NCBI RefSeq assembly: GCF_964355755.1
Contig: NC_092675.1
Span: forward strand, 3,529,812-3,593,811
Direction: 5' to 3'
DNA: 64,000 nucleotides
DNA from: Antedon mediterranea
Taxonomy: Eukaryota > Animalia > Echinodermata
Shown here: positions 39,881 through 55,320 of the stretch, one piece after another
How the letters are laid out: each line of letters begins with the position of its first letter
How positions within the stretch are numbered: the first letter of the stretch is position 1
Notes under the pieces: model-generated
The model's input: the letters and a program-made list of their open reading frames with translations, nothing else
Databases searched by the model: none
What the model was told of the DNA's origin: nothing
Translations under genes and position numbers: made by a program

Positions 39881-42800
39881 TATACTGATGTCTTCAGTGT
39901 GATTGTCCAAATATAGCTCGTTGGCGAATCATCTTTGCTGTTTGATAATGTAAAAATAAAATAATTGTAACGATTATTTTAACGCATACAAACAAAGGCA
40001 ACTCTGGTTCACATATGTATGGTTCTCCTGTACTTTTACTGAGTTTAAAATAATAAGCTTCTATTAAGAAAGTGAATGTTTAAATCAATGTAATGGATTT
40101 GATTGGCTATAAAAAAAAAGAAGTTTTCTTTGTAATAGCATCGTAAAAAAGCAGTACAATGTTGAGTGTGCAATACGTTCCTTTTATTTGACCTAGATTC
40201 TAACAATAAAGATATTTGCGATAAACAAAGTCATATCTTGAGCACTTATGCTATTATAACCAATTTGGCTTTATTAATGATTGTACAGAATAAATTTTTT
40301 GGATATAAAAATTGTTATCGATAAACTAGATTTTGTACAACGGTACACTAACCTCTATTTGATGTCTAAACAGTTCATACATAGTAGTCCTACTGTACTT
40401 GTATCAAAGGTGATTTCTGATGGCCAAATACAGTATTTCTTGTTGCTAAATCCTCAAAAAATTGAATGTATACCGTTACGGTATACAAATATACGTCTCT
40501 TAAACGCGTTTTCGCTTACCCAACGCGATTTTTAAATTTTAAAAAACCAGATGAAATTATGTTTATTTGTGGATTTCTTAAATCATTGATATTTACCGGA
40601 ACTGAATCAGATTATACGCTACATTCTTAATTATAATAAGCAATTTTACATAATCTCAAAATAACTAAAGTGGATTAATACGGTAACAAACCAACAGTAT
40701 TTTAATCTCAGATGAACCAATGGAGATTAACTGAAATCAATTGCACAATCTAATAATATAATATATAATGTTATATTGTAATATTTTGTGTACGAATATG
40801 TTGGTTATATAGTATAAATTGTTAGATTTCTGTTTTCAAATTGTTTTCAAATTTAAAAATGAAACTATTAGCAACTACAGAAATATTTAGCATGGTGTAC
40901 AGTTCACTTGGAAACAGTGTCGTCTAGCAAGGAAATGTTATTAAACTCAAGAAACAGATCACGTTGTGCCGTTTTGAAAAAAATACGTTTAGGAGATAGA
41001 CAACGTATTTTGGTCAAGTTATTAGAAATGCCGATGACTGTTATTATTGAGTTACAGCTAATTTACTGTTTCCAGTAGTCTATAAGGTTGTTTAGACTTA
41101 TAGAAACATCAATAATTGGGACATTTTCAACCAAATGATTTTAACTATGATTCTTTTAGGTACACCGTGTCAGAACATAAGAAATTGAAACTTAGACTAA
41201 TGTGTGTAATAGTAAAAGGTAAACAAGTTATAAAATCATACATATTTATTTAGAATACAATCCCTAGAAAATAGTTCCATTTCTTGTTTGTGTTAATGAT
41301 TAGAATGTGCTTGAAAAGCATGACTATTCTTAATGATTGTCCATTTCTTAGCCCTCATTCCAATTATACAGTCGATTGTAGCCGTCTCTAGGCCCACACC
41401 TTGACTGGCCACAGGTCTCTTAGGAACTAAATTATCGTAAAATATTTATTCTGTAGTCTTAATAGAATGTTTTTTATTAACCGAACGTATCCGGCTCAAC
41501 TTTTTAGACATCAATGAACACATTGACAATATCGATAAGCCGGTTTTTACTTAAACTCAACACAGGCTTTTGGGCGTTTTAAATAAGTTTATTCCCAACC
41601 GCTTTTTACATAATTGGATGCACTTTCCAGCATTCAATATTTCTATTCCCCACGCTTTCATTGTACCGAAGACAGTTATTTCTGTCCGTCTTTGCTTCTA
41701 AAACTCTAAAACTGTTTTACTGAAAATTTGAACTAAAGTATGCCAGCAAATGGTTAGGCAGATTCCTCATAATGAATCGACAAATAAGCTGACTTATTGG
41801 TATGGCAAAAACTCTTTTACCTTCGATGCTTGTTTAAGAGTCGTGGCTCTAATACAAGGAGTTCATGATAAGTAGCTCCCGTGTTACACGGAATCGGCTG
41901 AGTCAAATTAAAATTGACGTTGATATTGTCCAATATATAACCTATTTATAGAACGCAATGAAGATAATAATTAATTAATAAACGACGTCCTAGTTACTAC
42001 CACATAGTGCGCGTTAATTTGATAGAAACATAATGTGAATACGTTTTACTGACGATCAATTCGGATTACTGCTCTCACGGACGGACTGACGGACTGAAGG
42101 TAGCCAAAACGCAGCAACGATGACCACCATCACACGTCGAGATGATTTCCTACAATTTTTAAAATATGTAAGGGCTTAATCAAAACATGTTCTCCAGTAG
42201 GCAAATAATGTATTCGTACATGAGCTTGATTGGTATAGATGATAATGTAAATACGCATGCGCATAAACCAACACGCCAATACACCCACCTACATGCACAG
42301 TACTATGTAAAAGGGACCAACGACTGTATGTCCATCTGAAGGACGGGACAGACTGAAGGTTCTTGCATAAGTACAAATGAGACAGCGGATTGGCCTAGGA
42401 ACAAAGCAAATAAATAGAAGAGTTATAGGCCCACTTTCTGTATGTTACAGGTATTCTATTTAATTAATTGGTACAGGTAGGACTGTTATTTAGTATGCCT
42501 AATTCGTTAAGAATCATTTACTTAATGATATGTTTTATTGGTATTGTGGAATATAGCAGAGATAACCATTAACCGTTTCAATATCAATTCTCTGTCATGT
42601 TAAAGCTCATTAGATAGATAAATATATACGCCTTTACTTTATTTATAGCCATTCCTAAAATAAAGCTGGTAAATATTTTCTTTGACGCCTTATCACGAGA
42701 AACTTTGAATCTGCTGTTGCAGTGAAGTCAATAGGAAATAAAAATTCACTGTGTTGTTTGAAAACCAGTAGAGCGTTAAAAATACCCAACCAATCAAATC

Positions 42801-44511
42801 CACTGAGAGGTTTGTCTTCATGAACTTTTTTTAGAACCGTATTAGCAACTCAGCTATAATATCATTGAGCATTTAGTTGAGTTAACAGACTACAAGAATC
42901 AAAACACCGAGGCGTGTTATACACAAAGTATATCAACAAAACGGCCAGTTGGGCTTCTACAATCCCAGTGGAATCTATTCTCCCGATGTGTTAATCCCCT
43001 TCTTGCATTTTCTGCTGTAATTATGTATGCTAGCTTGAACTTTGCATATTAATGTAAAAGTCTGGAAAAAATAGTTAGTGAAGCTGATCCTGGTGTTTGG
43101 CTTGGAATCTCATGGATAAAAGCCAAATCTATCTTGGAATTACGTGCAACTATAAGTGACGCTAATAAAGGAAAGGAATTGACTTTCGTTGAGTAAAGAG
43201 GCGTCTTTTCGTTTACTTTTACATTGAATCAAAGAACTCTGGAACTAAGCAAATAACTCAACGAGGAATGTTAATATCGAATCAAATAAGTTGAGGTAAG
43301 ATTTAAGATTTAAATGAAATGTGCAATTTTGTTTGATAGAAAAGCACAGTATTTAGGATACATTATGTAGAGGGGCATGTGATTTTATTCCAGGTTACTT
43401 TTCTTATTCAGGCTATAGATACGATAGTAACTGTAGTTCTTAATTCAAGGGAAAGAGAAATGTCCAAGAAGTTGCAAACGGCCATCAACATGCATTGGTA
43501 TTCAATATACAATAGATGCACCAATTCTTCTCCACCAATAACCTTCCTTCTCCCATCAAGATTCTAATTTTTACTTATAAATCATGTTTCAGGTCTACCA
43601 GTTAGGCTACCCTTTTCAAGTGTATTAAATCTCATTATTACCCCATCTTTACATGTGTGATTACCGAACATGTTGTCCAGGTGCCGTTTTTTGCGGGACA
43701 ATGACCCAGATCCCATCCCTTCATGTTCCCTCTCAACCGCACCTCATGTTCTCAAGATCGGAACTTACTGTAAGTAGGCTAAACTAATGCGCGAGTAGTG
43801 GTATTAATACGAAACATGTATAAGTATAGACCATATTTATTGAATGTACAGTACAGAATTATGTTGCAAACGCATGCTGTTTCTTCACCGTACTACAGTC
43901 GGTAGACTATCATATCAAATTCAGACCAAAACAGACTAATAACATGTGTCTATAACGACACTATCATACACATTCATATTTGACTGAAATTTGAAATTAC
44001 AAATTATATGAAAATGTCACATGTGTGGCGTTCCAGCTATAGTAATTTTATTTTATCCTTTAAACAGAACATTTCCAGTATTAACAACATGCTATGTTCT
44101 GGCCAGTGTTTATAAGTCGCTTTTCGCAAGAAGTCCTGTATGCTTTTCCTTTCCTTTTACGTAGACGTGAGAATTCCCAATCAACAAAACAACTCAAAGC
44201 ATTACGTCATCGTTAATATTTTAAATAATTTATTAATTACCTGAATTAATATTGAAACTATGGAATGTTTAGCCTACAGTAGTACATTTGAAAATGTTAT
44301 GACATAGTATTGCTTTATAAACAACTAACTTTTCAGTTCGATTATTTATTGAACTGAAGACAGTTAGGCTATATTATTTCTGTAAGTAAGTTTTCTCATA
44401 AAACTAATCTTATAGGCCAATTTTGTCTACATTCATATTTAGAAAATACTGAATACTTAAAATGTCAAATACAAACGCTTAAGATCTCAAAGTACAAATC
44501 GCACTTCTATA

Positions 44512-44535
44512 CTTACTTACTTACTTACTTACTTA
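44512..44535. repeat. (ACTT)n microsatellite
   Basis: About 6 tandem ACTT units. Confidence 0.8.
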
Positions 44536-45725
44536 AGCATACCGGTATGTCATTGTAACTTTATTTCTTTTATTGACAAGTTTGTGATAAACATTTATTC
44601 ATCACATGATAACGATAACTCACTGACTTGTAAACGTTTTAGTTTATGTCATTTACGATATCTGTAAATAATTTTGTTTGAAAGGTCATTTGCTAATGAC
44701 AATTATACCATTCTCCCACCCGATTTTCGGGTGCTGTATCTAGATGTATCGTATAATAGGAACATTCTGTAATACGGCATCACATGTGTTAGCCTAGTCT
44801 AGTATGACCACATAAAACTAACATAATTTTTCTAAAATTCTGGGGAATATCGTCTTATGGAGATACAGCAATGATCATTTTTCCAGTGTCATCAATACAA
44901 GATTAATAGGCCTTACAATAGATATGTGACTCTTCACCACCCATTCAACTTTTAGTCGGTCTATCACTCAGGGTTAAACTTGGTGTCAGGGCCCACGTCC
45001 CTATCTACACACAAAGGGACGGAAATAATTAACCTGCTATCATATTATTAAATAACATTTGGCAATATACCTGTATACAATATGTTGAGTGTGGGTACTA
45101 AATTGGATGCCACATAGCTTGTTAGGTACATAATAGATAATGTATTGATAAGATTAATTTGTGTGTATTATGTATGAGATAAGTTAGTGATGTATTGCTT
45201 GTCATTGAAGAGTTCATTGACAATACATTAACGTATTATGTATTCAGATTTAAAGAATAGCCTAGAAAAGTTCTCACCCAAAGGATTTTACATCGAATTT
45301 AATTTCATATCAAAAATCGGAAGTAATCAAACCTGACCCCGAAATATGAAGGTTATTCCGTTATGGAAACATTCCAAAATTTTAACTACCGGTAATACAC
45401 ATATCAATTCAAAATATGAATCATACTTTTACACCCTGGGGGTGGAACTTCATGGTACTCCTATTATGCTAACGTATTGTCAGATTTGATGTTTGACCGT
45501 AAGATCATAAACCGTTTATTAAAAGTGATACGTTTTAGGATGATGAGGGATTCGATTTGAAGGTGCTTTAGTGCATGGCTTTAAGTGTATATAAATTGCC
45601 ATAATATAAATAGAGCCGGTATCAATTCAATAAAATCAACTAAACGTATAAAAAATGGAAACGTACAACGTACTCCAAATCCATTCCCACTAATTTTGGC
45701 AAATTTAATTTAGTTTGATCTCCAT

Positions 45726-47905
45726 AAAGCAAGAACGTAAAGCAAGGACGTAAACGCAACGCAAGCGTTTTAACCAATGACAAGCGAAGTTATAGACAGT
45801 TAGCAATCACAAGCGAATAAGCTATCGCTTGTGATTGGTCAATTCACTTGCGTTGCGTTACGTCCTTGTGTTGCATCGCTAGTGGGAACCACGCTTTAAA
45901 GTCAGTTTCTCCCTGATTATAGCAAACGTAATAGGCTACCTGTCTGTCTACATACCGTGGTGGAATACTTTGGGAAAATCAGACCAATCTCTATTATACT
46001 TTATCATGGTAGTCCTCTATTATTTCCTAATCAATCTTCTGATCTTCATCATGATGCATTCCTTTTCCCTATTCATAAAGTACTTTATAGGCATAGAATC
46101 CCCGGTATCCACGTGAAACCATTTCTTGCTAGGATATTTTTATTTAGGCCATCTGAAAAATGTTGTCCTACTGTATATATCACCTTGACTTTGTCTTCAA
46201 ATTGATTCTGGATGGACAGGTGGTATAAGTGGATCATATCCTACATAATTTATTTTACAACTTTTTGATAACAAAATAATTGATTTAAGTATAATAACCG
46301 GGGCTTTTGAGACGCGTTAAAAATACCTTTGGAATTAGCTGTCATTAACCCAGTTAAAGAGTGAGTGGTGCTAAAATAAACTTACTCCTGTGTTGTGGAC
46401 TCAATAGGAATGGTGTATGTGAATGATTTCCCGTGCATTAAAACAGAAATACGGAACGGAATATACGTCGTCCCTATAGCGTGGTTTCTACTAGAACGCA
46501 ACGCAGCGACGTATTGACGCGCGCAAAGTGCTGTATTGCGTAATCACAAGTTTGATTTCTCGCAGGCCGGGGGAAAACACATTTATTAGAAGGGCATTTT
46601 TTACGTTGCGTAGGTTGCGTTACGTTGCGTCGCTAATGGGAACCAAGCTCATCTGTACAATAGTTGAAGCCTCCACAGCAGCTGATGCCGAGAAGAAAAT
46701 CCATAACAATTCCACGTATGGCACATATTCATCATCCTATAACATAATTCAAATTCAAACAGATTAGGAATAACTAGTCAACTGACACATACTAATGACT
46801 GGTGATTTATGGAATCGTCATTCGTAAAAATGTTCTTGTTATTGTTTGAGTATTGTTACTGTCTTGCGTTGCGTCTACGTTCTTGCGGTGGGTCATAGTG
46901 GGACTTGCGACGCAAATAAATTGACTAATCACGACACGGTGGATCGTGCGAACTGTCGCGTGTGATTGGTCAACTCATTTATGATTGATTCCCTTATAGG
47001 ACGTCAGCGCAACGCAATTGATTCACTCAAACATCCGCTTGTCATTTGCAACTCGCTCGTCCTTGCGTTGCGTTCTAGTGGGAACCAAAACATTGCGCCT
47101 ACGTCCTTGCGTTGCCTCTCTGGAGCGTTATATGAGATATGATTGATTAATTTACTTCATTTTTGACGATAACCTTTAACTTTTCTCCGTAAGATCCCCA
47201 TATTGTATGGAAGAACATCAACAGCACCGTTGTGTCTATGAGAAAATGAAATGACAAACTTTACATTATGCTTGAAAGGTGCATAATATTTTAATTGTAT
47301 AAAGAAAAACAAACCCGTAAGGGGCTCAAAAGAGGTAACTGATTGTTTAGAAATTTGTCAATATTGTGTTTACTATTGAAGTCATCCCAGACACTGACTG
47401 GACACATGTACTTCTTTTAAAGTCTGACCTACTATTACAAATCAATTCCGGAATGTAACTTCTTCATCAAGTCGAGGATGTGATTTCCGTCTGGCTCAAT
47501 TTAAGCTTTAATCTTCAATTGCGCTGATACATACGATTTTTGTTGTCAATCTATATTTGTACAATTTATATTATACACTTATGTTTTATTAACATGTAGC
47601 TTACATGCACCTTTAACTGCAGCAGTATTTACCTGCAAGTAGGCCTATACTTTCTTAACTTACTCTCAACATTATTTCATCCTGTAATACATGGTACGAG
47701 AGTATCTTGAGATATGGAAGTAGCGACGCAACGCAACGCAGAGAAGTGCTGTATTGCGTAATCACAAGTGGGAACCGACGACGAAATAGTGCTGCAAACA
47801 TCGCATGTTTGATTTCACGCTGGCGGGGGAAAACATTTATCAGACGGACATTTCCTTACGTTACGTAGGTTGCGTTACGTTGTGTTGCTAGTGGGAACCA
47901 AGCTT
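45726..47905. mobile_element. Cluster of Harbinger-type MITE family B copies (about 45726-45897, 46478-46649, 46860-47115, 47718-47905)
   Basis: Shared TIR AGC(T/G)TGGTTCCCACTAG and subterminal ACGCA/TGCGT repeats; homologous to the intact copies at 53112 and 55934. Confidence 0.75.
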
Positions 47906-49832
47906 TATATTTATATTAATTAATTGCTACATTTTCTACAAATGTATAGGCCTATTCTTTTTTTAAATCGTGCTTTCATCAACTTACTAAAACTGAACTT
48001 ACTGAAATCGCTAATACTGGATGCGTTGTTATTTACGATTGATGCAACTCATGGGTTTAAACTTACCATATCTATTTATCTTCGATTATTAAATAATTAG
48101 TATCTTGTAGTAGAGCATAACATTGCGTGTACTTGTTGATAGGCAGGGAAGAAAATGATCAGATTAAACTCTCCCCGGGTTTACGTTGGCTTATGTAATT
48201 ACAGGTTTTTTATTAGAAAATAATTTAACACAAACACTAAATAACAAATTTAATTTGTTTTCAAGTTATTTGTTTTGAGATTTAAAAACAATATTTAAAT
48301 ATAGAAAGGCTCTTGTTGTTAATATGAAATTCATGTCAACTTTAGGAATATAAAGTCATAATTGAAGTGTTTTTTACCGAGGTAGATAGGGACCACCTAA
48401 GGGGGCATAGTCGGGGATTCAAGTACGTTAATATAGACAGGATGGTAGATAGATGATACATAGTATCTTAATTATGATGAAAAGATACAGGAATACATAT
48501 AATTCGGTGCCCCGCGCAATTTATAGGAGCTTTTTGATTTCACGTCGCGGCAATTAAACAATATGTGCAAGATCATAACTTTCTGAGCGTGCGCATACTG
48601 TTTTGTAAACTGTGTAGTCTATGCAGGTATAATATGTTATCAATGTAACCTTATGCGAAGAATTTCGTTTTGACATTCATTTTTTATGATGAAAACTGAA
48701 GTTTAATTTCGATTTCATTAAAGATGACACTAATTGTTAAAAATTGCAATCTCCTCCTATCCGTTATACAAATGACATCAATTACGAATAATTGCTGATC
48801 TGGGTTATTTTGATTTAGATCTACTGTATATTATGATCTCCTTTGTAAATACCCGCATCCTACTTAAGTAGGCCTAAGCATGTTGTAGTCTGTGAAGTGA
48901 TTTACCAATCTTATGAATCACAGAATGGAATGTTAGGTATATGTTTTTAGATTTTGAATCTATTAACTTTCAAATTGAATTAAATGTAGCTATTAATGTT
49001 CATGTACTGCTTAATTGGGGAAGTAGTATAGTTTATATTTACCGACATCATAACATAATGCAACACTGTGAACCGTATTTATTCGATCTAACCACGACCC
49101 GGTTTCTAATCTAATTCCTCAATAAACTTTAGTGCTGTTAAAAAGAGATACAGGATTATTATAAATAGTGGTACACATGCATACTAATAGGTATATGAAC
49201 AATATATAACCTGAAAGATCAATTTGTCATGTCGATTTAAATAAAAGCTTATAGTTACTATGATTCATCGTAAAGCCCCTTGGCCGAAACCGCCGCATTT
49301 CACTAAAACGTCAACAAATTAAAAACGCAGTGGCATTTATTTGATACCTACTTAGTACTTGGCCTATAATAATAATACTAATAGGACTGGCTTAATATCA
49401 TAGTTTGCAATAGTAAGGATGACCACAAGTAATAAATTATAGTGAAACCCCATGAGTCTACCAATCAGACACACACCCGCGTATCGTACGTACCAAAAAG
49501 GGGAATTCACTATTCAGCAACAGCGGCTTGTACAACTTTCTTGCGGTCAAAAGCATTAAAGGGTCTTTGAAAAAAAAAGCCTAATGCTTTTCAGGAATAT
49601 TATGCCGTGTTTATATCAATATCAAGCTTAGCTAGAGAAAATATTTATCATGGAATGTCCCTGGTTCGTAATAATGGCTTAAAAGTTACTGTTGGAAACT
49701 TACCAAACTTTTAGACAACTAGATACTGATGATGAATTTGTCTCGTGCTGTTGGGGTTACTTCCTTTCCCTGTCTCACAGGTAATCAAGTGACATAATGT
49801 CAAATCCAGTTAGTTATTCGAGAATACACTTA

Positions 49833-49932
49833 AGCTCTGTCTCTACACTATCAAATTTAAGTCACAACAAAATGAAAATGATGATTTCTTAGAACTACCA
49901 TATTTTAAAATATTAATAGTGTAGACGGAGCT
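49833..49932. mobile_element. Harbinger-type MITE family A, internally deleted
   Basis: AGCTCTGTCTCTACACTA ... TAGTGTAGACGGAGCT with TTA/TTA flanks. Confidence 0.65.
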
Positions 49933-52900
49933 TTATTATACAGTTTTTTGTTGGTTTTATTGCTATTTTTACTCTCTGCTCAGAGAGCTCCCGTAATTGA
50001 TTCGGGTGGTGTGATGATTTGACAAACTCAACTATGACAGGAAAAAGGAACAAATTAAACAACCTATTTTCGATATTTACAATACGTATGAATGTTTAAT
50101 TCTGAGACCTACTAAATCAGTGAGTACAGTATAAGGAAACACCTTAACATTTAAGTTGATAAAATAGGCCTAAACATCATCAACTATAGGCTCTCTTCAT
50201 AGTTCTGGTGAAGGAACTAATCTTCTGGGATCAAATGACTGGAGTGCCACCTGCTCGTCGTGTGTACTTTAATTATGATAGGCCTTCTTCAAGAACCCAG
50301 AACCAAGCACGAATGCTAGGGCCTGCACAACACAAATTGTCTCTTTTTTGTTTAGTTTTTCTTTATGAGCACGATTATCGAGAGATTTGATTATTGTTCG
50401 TAATATTTTATTTATGAATCGATGTCTATAACCATTAATAGAAGTAAAAGAAGTTATGTTTCTCACTAGTGGTGGATCATCAACACTTTCGCTTATGATT
50501 TGTCAAATTACTTATTGGGTGAATACTCTAGTGGGAACCAAGCTTTATGAGAAGTAATTCCGATCGTATGTGCGTAATCCAGCCTAGTTACAATGCATTC
50601 ACTTATTTTACATGTCAACCATCAAGCTGAATGTTCAACGTTCTCAACTCAATTACACTGAACGAATGTGATATCTACCTGGGCAGATATCCCAGTCATG
50701 TTGCACATTAAAGTTTCTCCTCAATGCATGTTCAATCACAATTCCGAACCCCGTGTGGTATGAGCAGGTGTAAAAATAATGTTTAAAATGTGACTTGTTT
50801 GACGAGATTGATATAAAAGATGAGTCACAACTGTCAGCTGTTTGGTTCTTGCTTTTTTCTATCATCAAATTGGGTTTTATGTCTTTCGAATGAATATATA
50901 ATTTGAAACAAGGGAACATCTTTCAATAAATAATAACATATTATAGATGCTTAACAATCAAATCGAGTTAAACATACTTGCAACCAATCGAGCTGTTGCC
51001 ATTAAACTCCTCCCACTTTTTACATTCTATTGGATCTCATTGAATGATTGACATTGTTCGTTGCTCCATACAGAATTTCTATTTCTGTGACTATCTGTTT
51101 CTACTGTACTATACAATATTGTGTCACATATCTTTAGAACGTAAGCAGTTCTAATCCGTTCACATGTTAAGGCAACTTGGAACAAAGGCCTCGATATTAA
51201 ATTAGATAATTTTACGAATAAATGGCGATTTTGACTGATTACGTACTCGTCGTAGCATTAGCCTAATGGTCTATGGATAACATATCTATAAATCAATGTA
51301 GTACAGTTACGATATTAAATTATATTTACCATGTTTTTTTAATTTTATAGCAGCGAAATGATATATTATAGTTGTCAAAAGCATGGATATTTTATTTGAT
51401 ATGTTATGGTTGCTTGCTTTTATGGAGTTCGCTCGCCTGTTTCCTAAGTATAGTACATTTTTTTCTGAGAGTTTGAACTTAATACTGTACGATTAGATAG
51501 AAACATGTATACAAGTATTAATTTAAATATGTTTAAAATATTAAATGATCACCCTCAAATCAAGTTTACATTGTTGTTCATCAAATGTGTACTACAATAT
51601 TGGGAGAAAGTGTTGTAACCGTCCTTTAACCTGTACAGACAAACTGAAAACCGGAACACAAGCACAAACAACTTCTGACGAGGGTGTCGACAATGTTAGA
51701 TGCTAGAAATGTCACAACCCCGAGTGAGAGAAATGCATATGCATCAGTGAATTATAATATTCATATTGGTAGAGATTATGTTTTTTTATTTTTATATGTT
51801 CAGCAGTAGGCCTACCTTAATAGTTAAAAACATAGAGTTAACTCAATGGTTGAAACATTCCCTCTTTTCAACTATGACCTTACGTGTAAGTGAAACAAGT
51901 ATAGTTATGTGTTTCTATTTCTACCTGATAGGAAGTAGAAGAATTCCAAAGGTTCACAATTAATTCTGTTACACTTGACTTGCAGTGTTTACATAATTTC
52001 ACTATTAAATATTTATATAGCATGTACAACGGGTTAGGCTGCTAACCCAACATTGTGAGGAACACGGAATAGCGGTTTGCTTACGAGACGAAATAAAGCT
52101 TTTATTTAGATTACTGGAGAGAAACAAAAAACTTGTAAAATACTCTTTATATTTGATCTGTAAAAAAGGAATTATAATCACGTGACCTGTCTTTATTCAA
52201 CTTGCCGATCAACGGATAATTGAGGGACTGAAGTGGATATACGCATTCGTTTACAACGTATATAAAACATTCATTCTTGCCATTATTTCTGGTGTCTATC
52301 TACCATAGCGTCAACATCATTTATAGCTGAACTAGCTTGCACCCGGTATACTTCGAACTTTCCAATGTTAGAAATCATCAGCCCAAGCTTGTCCAGTTAC
52401 TGTCGTAGGCCTACTAAATAGGTCTAATAGCAAAACAGGCCTACATGTCATACCATGTGTACCGTAATATTGATATATCTCTACCATTGTAAGTTTTCGT
52501 TTGCGAATTATCACTGTTAAGGTAAGCATAATTTTGAAAGCATGGTTTAAGTCAAGCGCAATCCAACGTATCATTGTGATGCCCACTTTGCCCTTTTATT
52601 CATGATTGGCCTACATATGGTATTTCCCCTGTAATAGAACTGTCACATTAATATTTGTGTCACATCAGATTCTTGACTCAAAGTCCACATTCCATAGTAA
52701 ATAGTTCATAGTCCAACTTTTTTTAAAGTTTACATGCGCCTACACATATCGATATGCTAATCTGATGCTAAACTTTTTGCGTCAAACACAGTGTGAAAAG
52801 TGTATCACAAACGTACGTAAACACGTCTACATTATGCATCAGTAATTGTTATAGGTGTGGTCGATTCAGAAAATCGTCAACAAAATACACCGTAAAACCA

Positions 52901-53111
52901 TGAAAGAATGGGCAAGCATCAATAGGCCTAGTCATTTACTTAAGTTTTCAATATCATTATTGTTGTATTCTTGGACAGCGAACATGTAAATTTCCTGTGA
53001 AGGGTAAAATAAACTGTATCTTCTGTATCTGAAAATAGTTCTATTTATAGAAACTTATATAGGTGACATCATAGTATTTAATAAAATGATGTAGGACAAT
53101 ATCTATAATAA

Positions 53112-53289
53112 AGCTTGGTTCCCACTAGAACGTAACGCAAGGACGTAAACGAAACGCAATCGTTTTAACCAATGACAAACGAAGTTATAGCAGTTAGCAA
53201 TCACAAGCGAATAAGCCATCGCTTGTGATTGGTCAATTCACTTGCGTTGCGTTACGTCCTTGCGTTGCGTCGCTAGTGGGAATCACGCT
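53112..53289. mobile_element. Harbinger-type MITE family B, intact
   Basis: TIRs AGCTTGGTTCCCACTAG / CTAGTGGGAATCACGCT with TAA TSD; nearly identical to 45733-45895. Confidence 0.8.
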
Positions 53290-55032
53290 TAAGCAATCAC
53301 ACGGCACGTGTTTAATTCTTAAAATTGTTTGCTTTTGCTGATTTTCTGGCAATTTTAATCGATTACTATACGATACTTTTGAAATTAGTTTCAACTTATT
53401 AAATTTGACGATGAAATTTGTTGTTCCAGATTGTTGATGTCCATGTAACTGTAATTTTACATGTGTATAACACTTGCAATCAGTTGGAAATAAGGGAATT
53501 TACAAACTTTGTTGTAGCATGGGTAACCCTGTTTTCCAAATCACTTTTCATATTGTTTTAATGCTCGAAAAATATCTAGTATCAAGCTATTTAGCATCAA
53601 TATGTTTTTATGATATATCTTTATTGCTGTTTAGACTATACTTGCTCGTTCCATTTATTCACGCACTATAACATCAATCCTGTGTAGTTCGTTTCTTCTT
53701 AGAAGACATGCTCTTTCGTCGTTTGTTCATTAATTCACTGTATTAAAAAATTCCAATAATCCTATTCACCCACAAGATTGATACATTCATCAATAGAAGA
53801 CCCTAAATGATCACTTTCTACACAGAAAATAAATAGGCCACCCTCAATGCGTATACCAATATACAAAATTATCCGTTTGTTCATCCTTTAGTTTATTTGT
53901 CATATTTGATTTGGTTGGTTGTGTAAGGCTGATTATTTTGTTATATTTATCGTTTTATTGTATTCGCTTTAATTCATTCCTTTGGAATATGCATGGTAAT
54001 GGTTACGTGTGGTTTTATTAAAAAGGTCTTGACAAGAGCCTCTTACGTCCCCACCCCATTGTGCAAGTGAAATAACTAGGTCTTTCCACAATTCTGTTAC
54101 ACTATAATTGAGTCTTTCATTGAGAAAGGGTTCAATGACAGGAGAATCATGCCACGAACCTTACCCACAAAAAAAAAGACTTACAAATTGTTAAAACATC
54201 AATTAGAGATTTATTGTGTGCATTGTTTGCAACTTTTAAATGACTTCTATTCAAAAAGTAAATATAGTATCAACTGTTCATTCAATATAACTGTTATGGA
54301 CTGTAAACATATATTACAGTAATTGCTTGTAACCACGGTACAAACAAGATCGTGTAAGGGTAAATTGCGTTCTAACTGTACGCACGATATTCATTGAGTA
54401 CCTACCGTACTTCCTACGTAAAATATCACGAAATGTGCGAAATGTGCGCACTAACAGTAATATCAAATATCACCAAGTATAAAAGGCAATATCTCTATGG
54501 ATTTTGAAGAATATTTGTTACACAAGTTTTGAATATTTTCTTTTATTTGTCGACACGTTAAAAGTGATTCCCATCGGAGTGTATCCTTGGTATCTGGGGT
54601 TCTTTTTGTTAAGTAGTCAGATCATTTCAGTCAACAATTAAATAAACTAATGGATCGTATATAATGGCTATATTGTAGACCATTTATTCTATAACGGGGT
54701 TCATTCATCTAACAATCCATTGTATAAATAAAGTACAATAATGTATACTGGGCAAGGATACCTTAATTATAGCAGTATTATTATATGTTCATTATTGGTA
54801 ACACAATATACACGCGCCTTGGCTGTAATAATGTGGATATTTCACGTCAGCGCATTATTAGTAAAAGTAGTATAAGTAAGTATTATTAAGCTAAAAATGT
54901 TCTTATTGGCTTTCTGTTTCAATGAAGAAAAAATAAGATTCTGGACAATCACAATGACCATTATGATTGTCCCGAATCTTCAACCATCAAACTTTGTTAT
55001 TTTTAATTCTTTACGACATTTTTGTGTTGAAC

Positions 55033-55320
55033 TTATTTATTTATTTTATTTTATGTCTTTAGGCAATGTGGCCAAGGATTACCAATAGTGAATTAATCAC
55101 TGTCCTATCAGATAGGTGGTAATCCCCCTGATACAGGGGCTATTGTGTGAACCAGTTCACCGGGGTAACCCCCTACTCTTTTTCGAATAATGAACTGGGT
55201 TTCTTTAAAGTACACACAGGTTATAACTGTGTACACTGGACCTACGGTTTATAGTCCTTATCCGAGAAGACTTGTTCCACCACCAGAACTAGGAGCGAGT
55301 CAGCCTCGAACCCTTGCCGA
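55033..55320 (-). mobile_element. tRNA-derived SINE with Deu/Nin-type conserved central domain, 5' part truncated
   Basis: Minus strand: B-box-like GGTTCGAGG, then TCTCGGATAAGGACTATAAACCGTAGGTCC...TAAAGAAACCC...TTCGAAAAAGAGTAGGGGGTTACCCCGGTG, which resembles the Deu/Nin domain as I recall it; ends in a (TAAAA)n tail. Confidence 0.7.

Noticed and set aside
51351-51447. Possible upstream in-frame THSD4 exon (MDILFDMLWLLAFMEFARLFPK)
   Set aside because: Frame-compatible, but the donor (GTATAG) is weak and a good signal peptide already follows the ATG at 55784.
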